Counted from the stretch's first letter, positions 9,154 to 18,702 are shown. The stretch is DNA of 58,966 bases from Bordetella parapertussis (GCA_945875935.1 CAMCNE010000001.1:1-58966); one strand, 5' to 3'. A program made the numbers and translations. The notes: generated by a model not told the origin, from the sequence alone.

Positions 9154-10668
9154 TTACCAGACGCGGCGCTCGCGCTCGCGCGCTTTGACCCATCCGCGAA
9201 TCACGCCCCACAGCGGCCACAGCAGCATGATGATGGCCAGCCCGGCGATGCTGCCCACGAGCGGGTTCGCCCAGAAAATGGACAGGCTACCCTGCGACAG
9301 CAGCATGGCCTGCCGGAAGCTGGACTCGGCCATGTCGCCCAGCACCAGCGCCAACACCATGGGCGCCAGCGGGTACTTGAGCTTCTTGAAAAGATACCCG
9401 ACCACACCGAAGACCAGCATCAGCCAGACGTCGAACATTGAACTGTGCACGGTGTAGGCGCCGATCGCGCAGATGACGATGATCACCGGGGCGATCACCG
9501 AGAAGGGGATGCGCAGGATCGAGGCCCAGAAGGGCACGGTCGTGAGCACCACCAGCAGACCCACGATATTGCCCAGGTACATGGACGCGATCAGGCCCCA
9601 GACGAAGTCTTTCTGCTCGATGAAGAGCATCGGTCCTGGCTGCAGACCCCAGATCAGCAAGCCTCCCAGCAGCACTGCGGCCGTGGGCGAGCCGGGAATG
9701 CCGAGGGTCAACATGGGCAGCAAGGCAGAGGTGCCGGCCGCGTGGGCCGCAGTCTCGGGCGCGACCACGCCCTCGATCTGCCCCTTGCCGAAGCTCAGCG
9801 GATCCCTGGAGCTGCGCACGGCGAGCCCGTAGCTCATGAACGAGGCCGGGGTGGCGCCGCCGGGGGTGATGCCCATCCAGCAACCGACCGCGGTAGAGCG
9901 CAGGAAGGTCATCCAGTAGCGCGGCAATTCGGCCCATGTCTGCAGCACGATCTTGGAGTTGATGCGCGCCGACTTGCCCTTGAAGGCCAGGCCCTCCTCC
10001 ATGGTCAGGAGGATCTCGCCAATGCCGAAGAGGCCGATGACCGCGATGAGGAAGTCAAAGCCCTTGAGCAGCTCGGGCACGCCATAGGTCATGCGCAGCG
10101 TGCCGGTCACGCTGTCCAGGCCGACCGCAGCGAGCGCGAAGCCGAGCATCATGGCGGCGAGCACTTTGGTCGGGGGCTCCTTGCTCATGCCCACGAAACT
10201 GCAGAAGGTCAGCAGCTGCACCGCAAAGAATTCCGCCGGCCCGAACTTCAAGGCGAACTTCGCCAGCAGCGGCGCGAGGAAGGTGATCAGGACGACCGCG
10301 AACAGCGCCCCCACGAAGGAGGACGTGAAGGCCGCTGTCAGCGCCTGCGCGGCGCGACCTTGTTGCGCCATCGGGTAGCCGTCGAAGGTGGTGGCCACCG
10401 ACCAGGGTTCGCCGGGGATGTTGAAGAGGATGGAGGTGATCGCACCGCCGAACAGCGCGCCCCAGTAGATGCACGACAGCATGATGATCGCCGAGGTCGG
10501 GTTCATGCTGAAGGTCAGCGGCAGCAAGATCGCGATGCCGTTGGCACCGCCCAGACCTGGCAGCACGCCGATCAGGATGCCGAGCGTGATGCCGATGAAC
10601 ATGAAGCCCACGTTGGGCAGGGTCAGCGCCACGCTGAAGCCGTGCATCAAGTTGCCAATTTCTTCCAT
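9154..10668 (-). CDS. tctA: Tripartite tricarboxylate transporter, large permease TctA
   Basis: 504-aa polytopic membrane protein with TctA-type sequence (GILIGVLPGLGGANGIAILLPLTF...), positioned downstream of tctC and tctB. Confidence 0.85.
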   Translation of the reverse strand: MEEIGNLMHGFSVALTLPNVGFMFIGITLGILIGVLPGLGGANGIAILLPLTFSMNPTSAIIMLSCIYWGALFGGAITSILFNIPGEPWSVATTFDGYPMAQQGRAAQALTAAFTSSFVGALFAVVLITFLAPLLAKFALKFGPAEFFAVQLLTFCSFVGMSKEPPTKVLAAMMLGFALAAVGLDSVTGTLRMTYGVPELLKGFDFLIAVIGLFGIGEILLTMEEGLAFKGKSARINSKIVLQTWAELPRYWMTFLRSTAVGCWMGITPGGATPASFMSYGLAVRSSRDPLSFGKGQIEGVVAPETAAHAAGTSALLPMLTLGIPGSPTAAVLLGGLLIWGLQPGPMLFIEQKDFVWGLIASMYLGNIVGLLVVLTTVPFWASILRIPFSVIAPVIIVICAIGAYTVHSSMFDVWLMLVFGVVGYLFKKLKYPLAPMVLALVLGDMAESSFRQAMLLSQGSLSIFWANPLVGSIAGLAIIMLLWPLWGVIRGWVKARERERRVW

Positions 10669-10704
10669 GTCTCTTCTTCCGGTGAAGGCTTCGCGGGGGT
10701 TCGG

Positions 10705-11211
10705 TCAGAAGCCGAGCAGGTTTTCGATCGGGCCCTTGGGCAGGGGCACGAGGAACCACCGCTCGAAGACGATGAAGAAGAACAGCGGCACGCCGACCGC
10801 CACCGAGCCGGTCAAGGGCCAGCCGTAGCGGCCATGGCGGCGCATGAAGTAGGCGATCAGCGCGAAAGACGCGAGGTAGATGCCGAGCAGCGCGATGAGG
10901 CCGACATACACGACCATCGGCACCAGCACCGCGATCACCAAAGCGATCTGGCTGCGCTCGGCGAATTCCGAGTCCTCGCCCCGCCACTTCAGCAGTTGCC
11001 CGATCAAGACACTGCCGCTCGACAGCAGCAGCAGCACGCCGATGTAGAAGGGAAAGTAGCCCGAGCGCGGCCCGTCCTCGGCCCAGCCGGTCCCGACGCG
11101 CAGGCTGTCGACGATCACCAGCACGGCCAGCAGCATCAGCACCGCAGCGACGATCAGCTCGGGCCAGCGTGTGCCCACGCTCTGGCCGGAGGCCTCGGGT
11201 TTTTCACTCAT
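10705..11211 (-). CDS. tctB: Tripartite tricarboxylate transporter, small subunit TctB
   Basis: 168-aa protein with four hydrophobic segments, lying between tctC and tctA. Confidence 0.7.
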   Translation of the reverse strand: MSEKPEASGQSVGTRWPELIVAAVLMLLAVLVIVDSLRVGTGWAEDGPRSGYFPFYIGVLLLLSSGSVLIGQLLKWRGEDSEFAERSQIALVIAVLVPMVVYVGLIALLGIYLASFALIAYFMRRHGRYGWPLTGSVAVGVPLFFFIVFERWFLVPLPKGPIENLLGF

Positions 11212-11286
11212 GAATTGACTCCAACGAGCCGGCGCAGGGCCGGCTCGCCTCAGGTGCGGATCAGCAACGCCATCGCGGCGTCAGGT

Positions 11287-12294
11287 TCAGTTGGCGAGGA
11301 AACCCGCTTCCTTCATCAGCACGCGGTGCATCTGCTCGTTCTTGCCGAGCCAATCGAAGAATTCCTGGCCGGTGAGCGCGGTCTGGTTGAAGGCGCCCTT
11401 GTCCATGAACTCCTTCCATTCCGGCAGCGCACGGACCTTCTTGAAGAGGTCCAGGTAGAACGCGATCTGGTCGGGCGTCACGCCCGGGGCCATGAAGATG
11501 CCGCGCAGCATCAGGTAGTCCACCGGGATGCCGGCCGAGGTGCAGGTCGGGATGTCGGCCCAGGACTGGGTCTCAGTCACCTTGGTCTTGTAGGGCATGG
11601 CCTGCTTGTCCATCACGCACAGGGCCCGAAGCTTGCCGGCACGCCAGTGGGACTCGGCCTCGATCGGGTTGTTGACGGTGGAATTGACGTGGTTGCCCAC
11701 CAACTGCACCGCCACATCACCACCGCCCTTGAAGGGGATGTAGGTGATCTTCTTGCCGGCTGCCTTTTGCATGAGCACGGTGATGATCTGGTCTTCCTGC
11801 TTGGAGCCGGTGCCGCCCATCTTGAAGGTGTTGTCCGGCTGGGCCTTGACCGCATCGATGTAGGCCTTGGCCGTCTTGTAAGGCGACTCCTCGTTGACCC
11901 ACAGCACGAACTCGTCGAGGGCCAGCATCTGCACCGGGGTGAGGTCGCGCCAGTTGAAGGGCACGCCGGTGGCCAGCGGGGTCGTGAACAGGTTGGACAG
12001 CGTGATGATGATCTTGTGGGGGTTGCCGTTGTCGGACTTGACGTTCAGGAAACCCTCGGCGCCGGCGCCGCCGGCCTTGTTGACCACCACGATGGGCTGT
12101 GCCATCAGCTTGTTCTTGGCGACGACGCCCTGGATGAAGCGCGCCATCTGGTCGGCGCCACCGCCGGTGCCGGATGGCACCACGAATTCCACCGGCTTGC
12201 TCGGCTCCCAGGCTTGGGCGACGGGGCTCCACAGGGCGGCGACCGTGGTCGCGGCGGCCGCCAGTAACTTCAGCGCGAATCGATGGGTGCTCAT
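11287..12294 (-). CDS. tctC: Bug/TctC family periplasmic substrate-binding protein
   Basis: Signal peptide, then KPVEFVVPSGTGGGADQMAR...NKAGGAGAEG, the typical Bug/TctC signature. Confidence 0.85.
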   Translation of the reverse strand: MSTHRFALKLLAAAATTVAALWSPVAQAWEPSKPVEFVVPSGTGGGADQMARFIQGVVAKNKLMAQPIVVVNKAGGAGAEGFLNVKSDNGNPHKIIITLSNLFTTPLATGVPFNWRDLTPVQMLALDEFVLWVNEESPYKTAKAYIDAVKAQPDNTFKMGGTGSKQEDQIITVLMQKAAGKKITYIPFKGGGDVAVQLVGNHVNSTVNNPIEAESHWRAGKLRALCVMDKQAMPYKTKVTETQSWADIPTCTSAGIPVDYLMLRGIFMAPGVTPDQIAFYLDLFKKVRALPEWKEFMDKGAFNQTALTGQEFFDWLGKNEQMHRVLMKEAGFLAN

Positions 12295-12399
12295 GGGGTG
12301 TTGAATCCTTGCGTTGTTCGCGGGTCGAGGCGCCCGCAGCCTGTTGTCAAATTACTCGCTTGTCGGTGGCGCCGCGCGCCCGAACCTGAACTGTCCCGC

Positions 12400-13938
12400 T
12401 CAACCCAGACCGAGTTTTTGCGCCAGTCCGATGCGCTGCAGCTTGCCGGTGGCGCCCTTGGGGATCTCGTCCATGAAGAGAATCTTCTTCGGCACCTTGT
12501 AATCGGCCACACGCTTGCCAACGAAGTCCTGCAGCTCGCGCTCGGTGGCTGCCACCCCTTCTTTCAGCACGACCACGGCAGCGACCTCTTCGCCCAGCTT
12601 GGGATGCGGCATGCCGAAGCACACCACCTGCGCCACCGCCGGGTGGTCCATCAGCACCTCGTCCACCTCGCGCGGGCTGACCTTCTCGCCGCCGCGGTTG
12701 ATGATCTCCTTCAGGCGGCCGGTGATGCTGAGATAGCCTTCTTCGTCCATCACGCCCTGGTCGCCGGTGCGGAACCAGCTGTCGAGGAAACCCTCCGCGT
12801 TGGCCTTGGGGTTGTTTTCGTAACCGGCGGTCACGTTGGCGCCGCGGATCACGATCTCGCCAGTCTCCCCGCGGGGCAACAGAACCCCCTCGAGCATGAT
12901 CGCCACCTCCGGGCCGGCCGCCACGCCCACCGTGCCGGGCTTGCGGGCCCGCGGCGGCAAGGGGTTGGAGGCCATCTGGTGGGTCGCCTCGGTCATGCCG
13001 TAGGACTCGATCAGCGGGGCCTTGAAGATTTCCTCGAGTTCGCGGATCACCTGCGGCGGCATCGACGACGACGACGAGCGCAGGAAGCGCAGCGGGTTGC
13101 GCGCAATGACCTCGGCGTTGCCCTTCGCCCGCTGCACGATCGCCTGGTGCATGGTGGGCACGGCCGTGTACCAGGTCGGCTTGGCCTCGTCCATCCAGGT
13201 GAAGAACTTCAGGGCATTGAAGCCAGGGGTGCAAAACACCTGCGAGCCCGCCGACAGCGGCGCCAACACCCCGGCAATCAGGCCGTGAATGTGGAACAGC
13301 GGCATGATGTTCAAGCCGATGTCGGTCGCTGTGAAGTGCAACGTTCCGCGGATATTCGAAGCCGATGCGTGCAAATTACCGACAGACAGCGGCACGATCT
13401 TGGGGCGAGAGGTGGTGCCGGAGGTGTGCAGCACCATGCCGATGTCGCTGGGCTGGGCATAGCCGCCCAGGGTCGACGGGGTGGACGCAGCACCGTCGCG
13501 TGCCTGCAGCGTGAAGCTGCCGGCAGGCGCTCCCGCCTCGACGATCAGATCCACCACCCGCACCCCGAGCTTCTTTGCCACCTCGACCGCGGGGCTGACG
13601 CTGTCGCGCTCGACGATCAACAGCTTGGCGCTCAGGTCCGACAGATAGAACTCGAACTCATCGGCGCGGTAAGCCGGGTTCAGCGGCGCGCTGGTGGTCC
13701 CGGCGGCACAGGCGATGAAGCAGGCGGCCATCTCCGGGCCGTTGTTCAGCACGATTGCCACACGGTCGTTGCGCCCCGCGCCGAGCGCGTTCAGGCTGGC
13801 GATCGTGGCAGCCACCTGGGCGCGCAGCGCGCCGTGACTCAGGGCCGGACGGCCGGGTGCGCGCAGGGCGATTGCAGCATCGTCGCCGCGGGCGAGCAGG
13901 TCCTGGAAGTTGTTCGTCATCGGAAAGGTCCGTTCCAT
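12400..13938 (-). CDS. AMP-forming acyl-CoA ligase, Pcs60/AAE3 (oxalate-CoA ligase)-like
   Basis: Adenylate-forming motifs VLHTSGTTSRPK, YGMTEA, TGDQG and INRGGEKVSP, plus RFLRSSSSS typical of the Pcs60/AAE3 subgroup. The substrate cannot be read from the sequence. Confidence 0.8.
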   Translation of the reverse strand: MERTFPMTNNFQDLLARGDDAAIALRAPGRPALSHGALRAQVAATIASLNALGAGRNDRVAIVLNNGPEMAACFIACAAGTTSAPLNPAYRADEFEFYLSDLSAKLLIVERDSVSPAVEVAKKLGVRVVDLIVEAGAPAGSFTLQARDGAASTPSTLGGYAQPSDIGMVLHTSGTTSRPKIVPLSVGNLHASASNIRGTLHFTATDIGLNIMPLFHIHGLIAGVLAPLSAGSQVFCTPGFNALKFFTWMDEAKPTWYTAVPTMHQAIVQRAKGNAEVIARNPLRFLRSSSSSMPPQVIRELEEIFKAPLIESYGMTEATHQMASNPLPPRARKPGTVGVAAGPEVAIMLEGVLLPRGETGEIVIRGANVTAGYENNPKANAEGFLDSWFRTGDQGVMDEEGYLSITGRLKEIINRGGEKVSPREVDEVLMDHPAVAQVVCFGMPHPKLGEEVAAVVVLKEGVAATERELQDFVGKRVADYKVPKKILFMDEIPKGATGKLQRIGLAQKLGLG

Positions 13939-14137
13939 GGAGCCCCGAAGGGCGTGGTCTGAAAAGACAGAGGCGGGGCGAGAGGTCGGACTGACAGGAA
14001 AGACCGCTGCGATTTATCAAAGTGAGGATATCTCGAAGACCTATCGCGAGCACCTCATAGAACCCCGGGGGGACCTCGGTAGTCAGCCTCAGCGAATACC
14101 TGAATGCGAGATTGCTGAATTAGGGGTACTGCGACGT

Positions 14138-14163
14138 AAAAAAAGCCCCTGAGAGGGGCTTTT
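14138..14163 (-). terminator. Rho-independent terminator directly after tRNA-Ser
   Basis: On the minus strand: agcccct-ctc-aggggct followed by a run of 7 T. Confidence 0.75.
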
Positions 14164-14252
14164 GGTGGAAGCGGTGAGATTCGAACTCACGGTGGGGTTA
14201 CCCCCACGGCAGTTTTCAAGACTGCAGCCTTAAACCACTCGGCCACGCTTCC
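14163..14252 (-). tRNA. tRNA-Ser (anticodon UGA), 90 nt, CCA encoded
   Basis: Hand-folded: acceptor GGAAGCG/CGCTTCC, anticodon stem GCAGT/ACTGC with loop CTTGAAA (anticodon TGA), long variable arm CGTGGGGGTAACCCCACCG, T arm GTGAG-TTCGAAT-CTCAC. Confidence 0.9.
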
Positions 14253-14313
14253 CTTACGTGCGGCGCATTGTATCGACGGGGTGCTGCTGGGCGGGAGTGT
14301 CGGCTGGCCTTTC

Positions 14314-14745
14314 TCAGTAGACCTTCTTCGACAGCGGCATGCGCTTTTCACCGGCGTAAAAGACGATCAGCACCACGGGCTGATCGCCGGTGTAGCCGCG
14401 GTGGCTGGAGTTCACCATCTCGGGCAGCACGTCGCCGCTGACCAGCTTGCGGGTCTGACCGCCTTCAGCCTTTTCGACGGTGAGTTCGCCCGACTGCACG
14501 TAGGCCGCGTTGGGCATCGGGTGGGTGTGCCACGGCAGCGTGGTGTGCGGCGCGATGGTGATCTTGAGCACCGTCAACTCGGTCTGACCGGTGGGGTAGG
14601 CCGGGTAGGCCGTGCCGTCCCACGAGGTGGTCGACTGCAAGATGGTTTCGACCTGGATGCCCTCGGCCTCGGCCGCGTGTGCGGTGGAGGCCAGCCAGAG
14701 CAAGGCGCAAAGGGCCAGCAGGACGAGGGTTCTTCGAGCGTTCAT
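14314..14745 (-). CDS. Secreted cupin-domain protein (143 aa)
   Basis: Start set at MNARRTLVLLALCALLWLASTAHA (signal peptide). Cupin metal motif region LPWHTHP...AYVQSGELTV. Confidence 0.65.
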   Translation of the reverse strand: MNARRTLVLLALCALLWLASTAHAAEAEGIQVETILQSTTSWDGTAYPAYPTGQTELTVLKITIAPHTTLPWHTHPMPNAAYVQSGELTVEKAEGGQTRKLVSGDVLPEMVNSSHRGYTGDQPVVLIVFYAGEKRMPLSKKVY

Positions 14746-14812
14746 GGGCGGTGGGGGTTGACTGTGGTGGTCTTGGCCGATCTTGACGGCGTTTGGGTGA
14801 TGCTGACGGGAC

Positions 14813-15112
14813 TCATGAATGCCCTGAGTGCTCCTGCACATACTGACGCAGCACGCCATCCATGCGCGCCTGCCAACCTTCGCCGGTTGATTTGAAATAC
14901 GCGACCACCTCCGGGCTGTAGCGCACGGAAACAAGCAGTTTCTTGTTGTCGGACTTGGGTCGCCCTCGCACCGAACGCAACGGCACCATGGCCCTCAACT
15001 GCGCCGGCGTCAGCGGTTGTGCGTCGGGGTCTGATCTGGCTGCCGCGGTGATCTTGCGGTCTTCGACCACGCTGGGGATCTCAATCGGAATTTTCTTCAA
15101 TGCTTTGGACAT
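14813..15112 (-). CDS. BrnA-family antitoxin-like protein, with no adjacent BrnT toxin
   Basis: C-terminal signature RGRPKSDNKKLLVSVRYSPEVVAYFKSTGEGWQARMDGVLRQYV matches my memory of the BrnA antitoxin family. Confidence 0.6.
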   Translation of the reverse strand: MSKALKKIPIEIPSVVEDRKITAAARSDPDAQPLTPAQLRAMVPLRSVRGRPKSDNKKLLVSVRYSPEVVAYFKSTGEGWQARMDGVLRQYVQEHSGHS

Positions 15113-15142
15113 AGTGCTTCACCTCACGTCTACGCCGACACC

Positions 15143-15967
15143 TCACCCCGGCTTTTGCGCCTGTTCGCAGTCGATCTGGATGATCTCGGCGCCGCCCGAT
15201 GCGTCGATGCGTGCGGCGCTAAGGCGGCCGCCCCAGACGCAGCCGGTGTCGAGCGACAGCAGATCGGGGCGCTTGATCAGACCCAGCGTGGACCAGTGGC
15301 CGAAGGCGATTGGCACGCCGGCGGTCTGGCGCTTGCGGTGCTCGAACCACGGGATCAGCCCCGGTGGCTCGGCTTCGGCGGCGTCCTTGGTGTCGAAGTC
15401 GAGTCGGCCATCGGCGTCGACGAAGCGAATTCGGGTGAGTGCGTTGATGCCAAAGCGCAGCCGATCGGCGCCTTTGAGCTTGGCACTCCAGCGGTTGGGC
15501 TGGTTGCCGAACATGTCCTTGAGAAAGCCGTTCAGATCGGGCCCACGCAGCAGCTGCTCGATCTCGCCGGCCACCTGCAGCGTGGTCTCGAGCGTCCAGG
15601 CAGGCGGCACGCCGGCGTGCACCAGCAGCCAGCCGTGTTCTTGGAGCGCCAGCGAACGGTGGCGCACCCAATCGATCCATTCATCGCGCTGCGGCGATTC
15701 AAGGATGGCGGCCAGCGTGTCGTTGCGGTGCGCCGGCCGAATGCCTTGGGACACCGCCAGAAAATGCAGGTCGTGGTTGCCCAGCAGACAGCTCACCGCG
15801 TTGTCCAGGCTGCGCAGCAGTTGCAGCGTGCCCAGGCTGTCGGGGCCGCGGTTGACCAAGTCGCCGAGCAACACCGCGCGGTCGCGCGATGGCGAGAAGT
15901 CCACCACCTCCAGCATGCGCTGCAGCGCGCCGCAGCAGCCTTGCAAGTCACCTATCAAATACATCAT
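15143..15967 (-). CDS. apaH: Bis(5'-nucleosyl)-tetraphosphatase, symmetrical (ApaH)
   Basis: MYLIGDLQGC...LLGDLVNRGPDS...GNHD...HAG metallophosphatase motifs in the ApaH arrangement. Confidence 0.85.
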   Translation of the reverse strand: MMYLIGDLQGCCGALQRMLEVVDFSPSRDRAVLLGDLVNRGPDSLGTLQLLRSLDNAVSCLLGNHDLHFLAVSQGIRPAHRNDTLAAILESPQRDEWIDWVRHRSLALQEHGWLLVHAGVPPAWTLETTLQVAGEIEQLLRGPDLNGFLKDMFGNQPNRWSAKLKGADRLRFGINALTRIRFVDADGRLDFDTKDAAEAEPPGLIPWFEHRKRQTAGVPIAFGHWSTLGLIKRPDLLSLDTGCVWGGRLSAARIDASGGAEIIQIDCEQAQKPG

Positions 15968-16013
15968 GGTTTGATTCTGCTACGCTGGCCCGGCCCCAAC
16001 CCACCTGCCCCGC

Positions 16014-17312
16014 ATGGACGTCGCCCTGCTGTTTTTTCTGATCGTGCTCAATGCCTTGTTCGCCATGTCCGAGATGGCGCTCACGGCCAGCCGCAAGGCG
16101 CGGCTGCAGGTGATGGTGGAAACCGGCGATGCCGGCGCGCTGGCCGCGATGGAACTGCATGAGGACCCGACCAAGTTCCTCTCCACGGTGCAGATCGGCA
16201 TCACCTCGATTGGCGTGCTCAACGGCATCGTGGGCGAAGCCGCCTTTTCGGCGCCGTTTTCGCAGTGGCTGCAGCACACCGTGGGGCTGCCCGACCGTGC
16301 CGCCGAGATCAGCGCGACGGCGATGGTGGTGGCCCTGATCACGGTGCTCACCATCATCTTCGGCGAGCTGGTGCCCAAGCGTCTGGGCCAGATGTATCCG
16401 GAGTCGGTGGCGCGTCTGGTCGCCCAGCCGATGAACTGGCTGTCGATGGCCACGCGGCCGTTGGTGCGCATGCTGTCGTTTTGCACCGAGGGCACGCTGC
16501 ACCTGATCGGCGTGCGTGGCGGGCCCAGCCGCAGCGTGACCGAGGAAGAAATCGCCGCCAGCCTTGAAGAAGGCCTCGACGCCGGCGTGATCGAAGCGCA
16601 GGAGCACCAGATGGTGCGCAACGTGTTTCGCCTCGATGACCGCAAGGTCAGCTCGATCATGATTCCGCGCGCCGAGATCGTCTGGCTCGATTCGGCGGCG
16701 CTGCCGGCCGACGTGCTCAAGGTGGTGTCTGCCGACGAGCACTCGCGCTACCCGGTGTGCCGTGGCGGGCTCGATGACCTGGTGGGCTTGGTGTCGGCAC
16801 AAAGCTTGTTGCAGCAGGTGATGTCGGGTGCCGCGCTCGAAGTCACCGAGCGCTTGCAGCCGCCGGTGTTCGTGCCCGAGACGCTGTCTGGCATGGAGCT
16901 GCTCGATCAGTTTCGCGCCTCGAACGTGCAGGTGGTGTTCGTCGTCGATGAGTACGGCGTGGTGCAGGGCATGGTGACCGTGCGCGATGTGCTCGAGGCC
17001 ATCGCCGGCGAGTTCACCACCCCGAGCGACGATGCCTGGGCGGTGCGTCGCGAAGATGGCGCCTGGCTCTTCGACGGCCTGATCCCGGTGACCGAACTGA
17101 AAGACCGGCTTGATCTCAAGGAGCTGCCCCAGGAAGACCGTGGCCGCTACAACACCTTGGCCGGGATGATCATGCTGTTGCTGGGTCGGCTGCCCGACGT
17201 CACCGACAGTGTCGAATGGGAAGGCTGGCGCTTCGAGGTGGTCGACCTTGACGGCAAGCGCATCGACAAGGTGCTCGCGAGCCTGTCGCCCACCGGCGAT
17301 CACGATCGCTGA
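16014..17312 (+). CDS. CNNM/HlyC/CorC family transporter (DUF21 + CBS pair + CorC_HlyC)
   Basis: N-terminal membrane domain (LNALFAMSEMAL), tandem CBS region, C-terminal transporter-associated domain (FEVVDLDGKRIDKV). Confidence 0.85.
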   Translation: MDVALLFFLIVLNALFAMSEMALTASRKARLQVMVETGDAGALAAMELHEDPTKFLSTVQIGITSIGVLNGIVGEAAFSAPFSQWLQHTVGLPDRAAEISATAMVVALITVLTIIFGELVPKRLGQMYPESVARLVAQPMNWLSMATRPLVRMLSFCTEGTLHLIGVRGGPSRSVTEEEIAASLEEGLDAGVIEAQEHQMVRNVFRLDDRKVSSIMIPRAEIVWLDSAALPADVLKVVSADEHSRYPVCRGGLDDLVGLVSAQSLLQQVMSGAALEVTERLQPPVFVPETLSGMELLDQFRASNVQVVFVVDEYGVVQGMVTVRDVLEAIAGEFTTPSDDAWAVRREDGAWLFDGLIPVTELKDRLDLKELPQEDRGRYNTLAGMIMLLLGRLPDVTDSVEWEGWRFEVVDLDGKRIDKVLASLSPTGDHDR

Positions 17313-17321
17313 GCCGGCTGG

Positions 17322-18671
17322 ATGTCCGAGCCGCTGCTCAACGAAGGCGTTCTCAAGCGCGAGGTGTTCGGCTGGGCGCTGTATGACTTTGCCAACTCGG
17401 GCTACACCACCGTCGTTTTGACGGCGGTGTTCAATGCCTACTTCGTGGCCGTGGTGGCCAAGGGCGCGGCGTGGGGCACGCTGGCGTGGACGCTGGCCAT
17501 CGCGGCGTCCAGCCTGATCGCCATGCTCACGCTGCCCGCGCTCGGTGCCTATGCCGACCGTTACGCCGCCAAGAAAAAGCTGCTCGCGTTCAGCACCGTT
17601 GCGTGCGTGCTGGCCACCGTGGTGCTGGCCGAAACCGGCCGCGGTGATCTGTGGCTGGCGGTGGCGGCGGTGATCGTGTCCAACGTGGCCTACACCTACG
17701 GCGAATCGCTGGTCGCCGCCTTCTTGCCCGAGCTGGCACGGCCCGCATCGCTGGGGCGCGTGTCGGGCTGGGGCTGGAGCTTTGGCTACCTGGGCGGCAT
17801 GCTGGCGCTGGGCCTGAGCCTGGCCTATGTGCTGGCGGCGCAAGCGCGCGGCGAGCCATCCACGTCGTTTGTGCCGGTGACCATGCTGATCACCGCAGGG
17901 CTTTACGCGCTGGCATCGCTGGGCACCTTTGTGCTGCTGCGCGAGCGTGCGGTGCCGCAGGCCGAGCGCGCTCAGGCGGGCGGCGCAGGCACCGGCAGCG
18001 CGGCCATCGCGTCCGTGGAGGGCGGCTCGTTGGCGGCCTTGCTGCAAAGCTGGCGCACGGCAAGCCGGTACCGAGACTTCGCGTGGCTGCTGGCGTGCGG
18101 TGCCTGTTATCAGGCGGGCATTTCGGTGGTGGTGGCGCTGGCTGCGGTGTACGCCGAGCAGGCGCTGGGCTTCAAGCAGGCCGACACCATGATGCTGATC
18201 TTTCTGGTCAACATCGCTGCTGCCGCTGGCGCCTTCAGCTTTGGCTACTGGCAGGACCGCATCGGCCACAAGCCCGCGCTGGCGGCCACGCTGGTAGGCT
18301 GGATCGTGATGACGGTGATGGCGGTGGCCGCCACCGGGCCGGGCTTGTTCTGGTTCGCCGCGGTAATCGCCGGGCTGTGCATGGGCTCGAGCCAATCGGC
18401 TGGCCGCGCCATGGCCGCGCAGTTCAGTCCGCTCGAGCGACGCGCCGAATTTTTCGGCCTCTGGACCTTCGCGGCGCGCGCCTCGGCGGTGCTGGGCCTG
18501 CTCACCTACGGCGCGGTGGTCTGGCTCACCGACGGCAACCAGCGCATGGCCATGGCCGTCACCGGCTTGTTCTTCGTGGGCGGGCTGGTGCTGCTGGCCA
18601 AGGTCGACATCGCACGCGGGCAGCGCGCGGCGCGGGGTGAGGTGGTCATTGACGCTGGGTTTTATAAATGA
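17322..18671 (+). CDS. MFS transporter, UMF1/Atg22-like
   Basis: REVFGWALYDFANSGYTTVV at the N-terminus and about 12 hydrophobic segments. Confidence 0.75.
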   Translation: MSEPLLNEGVLKREVFGWALYDFANSGYTTVVLTAVFNAYFVAVVAKGAAWGTLAWTLAIAASSLIAMLTLPALGAYADRYAAKKKLLAFSTVACVLATVVLAETGRGDLWLAVAAVIVSNVAYTYGESLVAAFLPELARPASLGRVSGWGWSFGYLGGMLALGLSLAYVLAAQARGEPSTSFVPVTMLITAGLYALASLGTFVLLRERAVPQAERAQAGGAGTGSAAIASVEGGSLAALLQSWRTASRYRDFAWLLACGACYQAGISVVVALAAVYAEQALGFKQADTMMLIFLVNIAAAAGAFSFGYWQDRIGHKPALAATLVGWIVMTVMAVAATGPGLFWFAAVIAGLCMGSSQSAGRAMAAQFSPLERRAEFFGLWTFAARASAVLGLLTYGAVVWLTDGNQRMAMAVTGLFFVGGLVLLAKVDIARGQRAARGEVVIDAGFYK

Positions 18672-18702
18672 CGTCGAGATCGTCGATTACCACTGAAAGG
18701 AC

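Noticed and set aside
9445-12267. A 940-aa plus-strand ORF spanning tctA, tctB and tctC.
   Set aside because: It is a high-G+C antisense artefact. The product is extremely R/G/H/D/Q/E-rich, has no Shine-Dalgarno, and crosses three well-supported minus-strand genes and their intergenic gaps.
12283-13962. A 559-aa plus-strand ORF opposite the acyl-CoA ligase.
   Set aside because: It is an antisense artefact. The minus-strand frame contains all the adenylate-forming enzyme motifs.
13939-14313. tRNA-Ser as a possible genomic-island attachment site.
   Set aside because: No integrase, phage or IS gene lies on either side. I found no duplicated tRNA 3' segment, and the neighbouring genes have host-like composition.
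15948-18395. An 815-aa minus-strand ORF covering the CNNM and MFS genes.
   Set aside because: It is an antisense artefact of G+C-rich coding sequence. The product is Arg/Gly/His/Gln-rich, while the plus-strand genes have clear family signatures.
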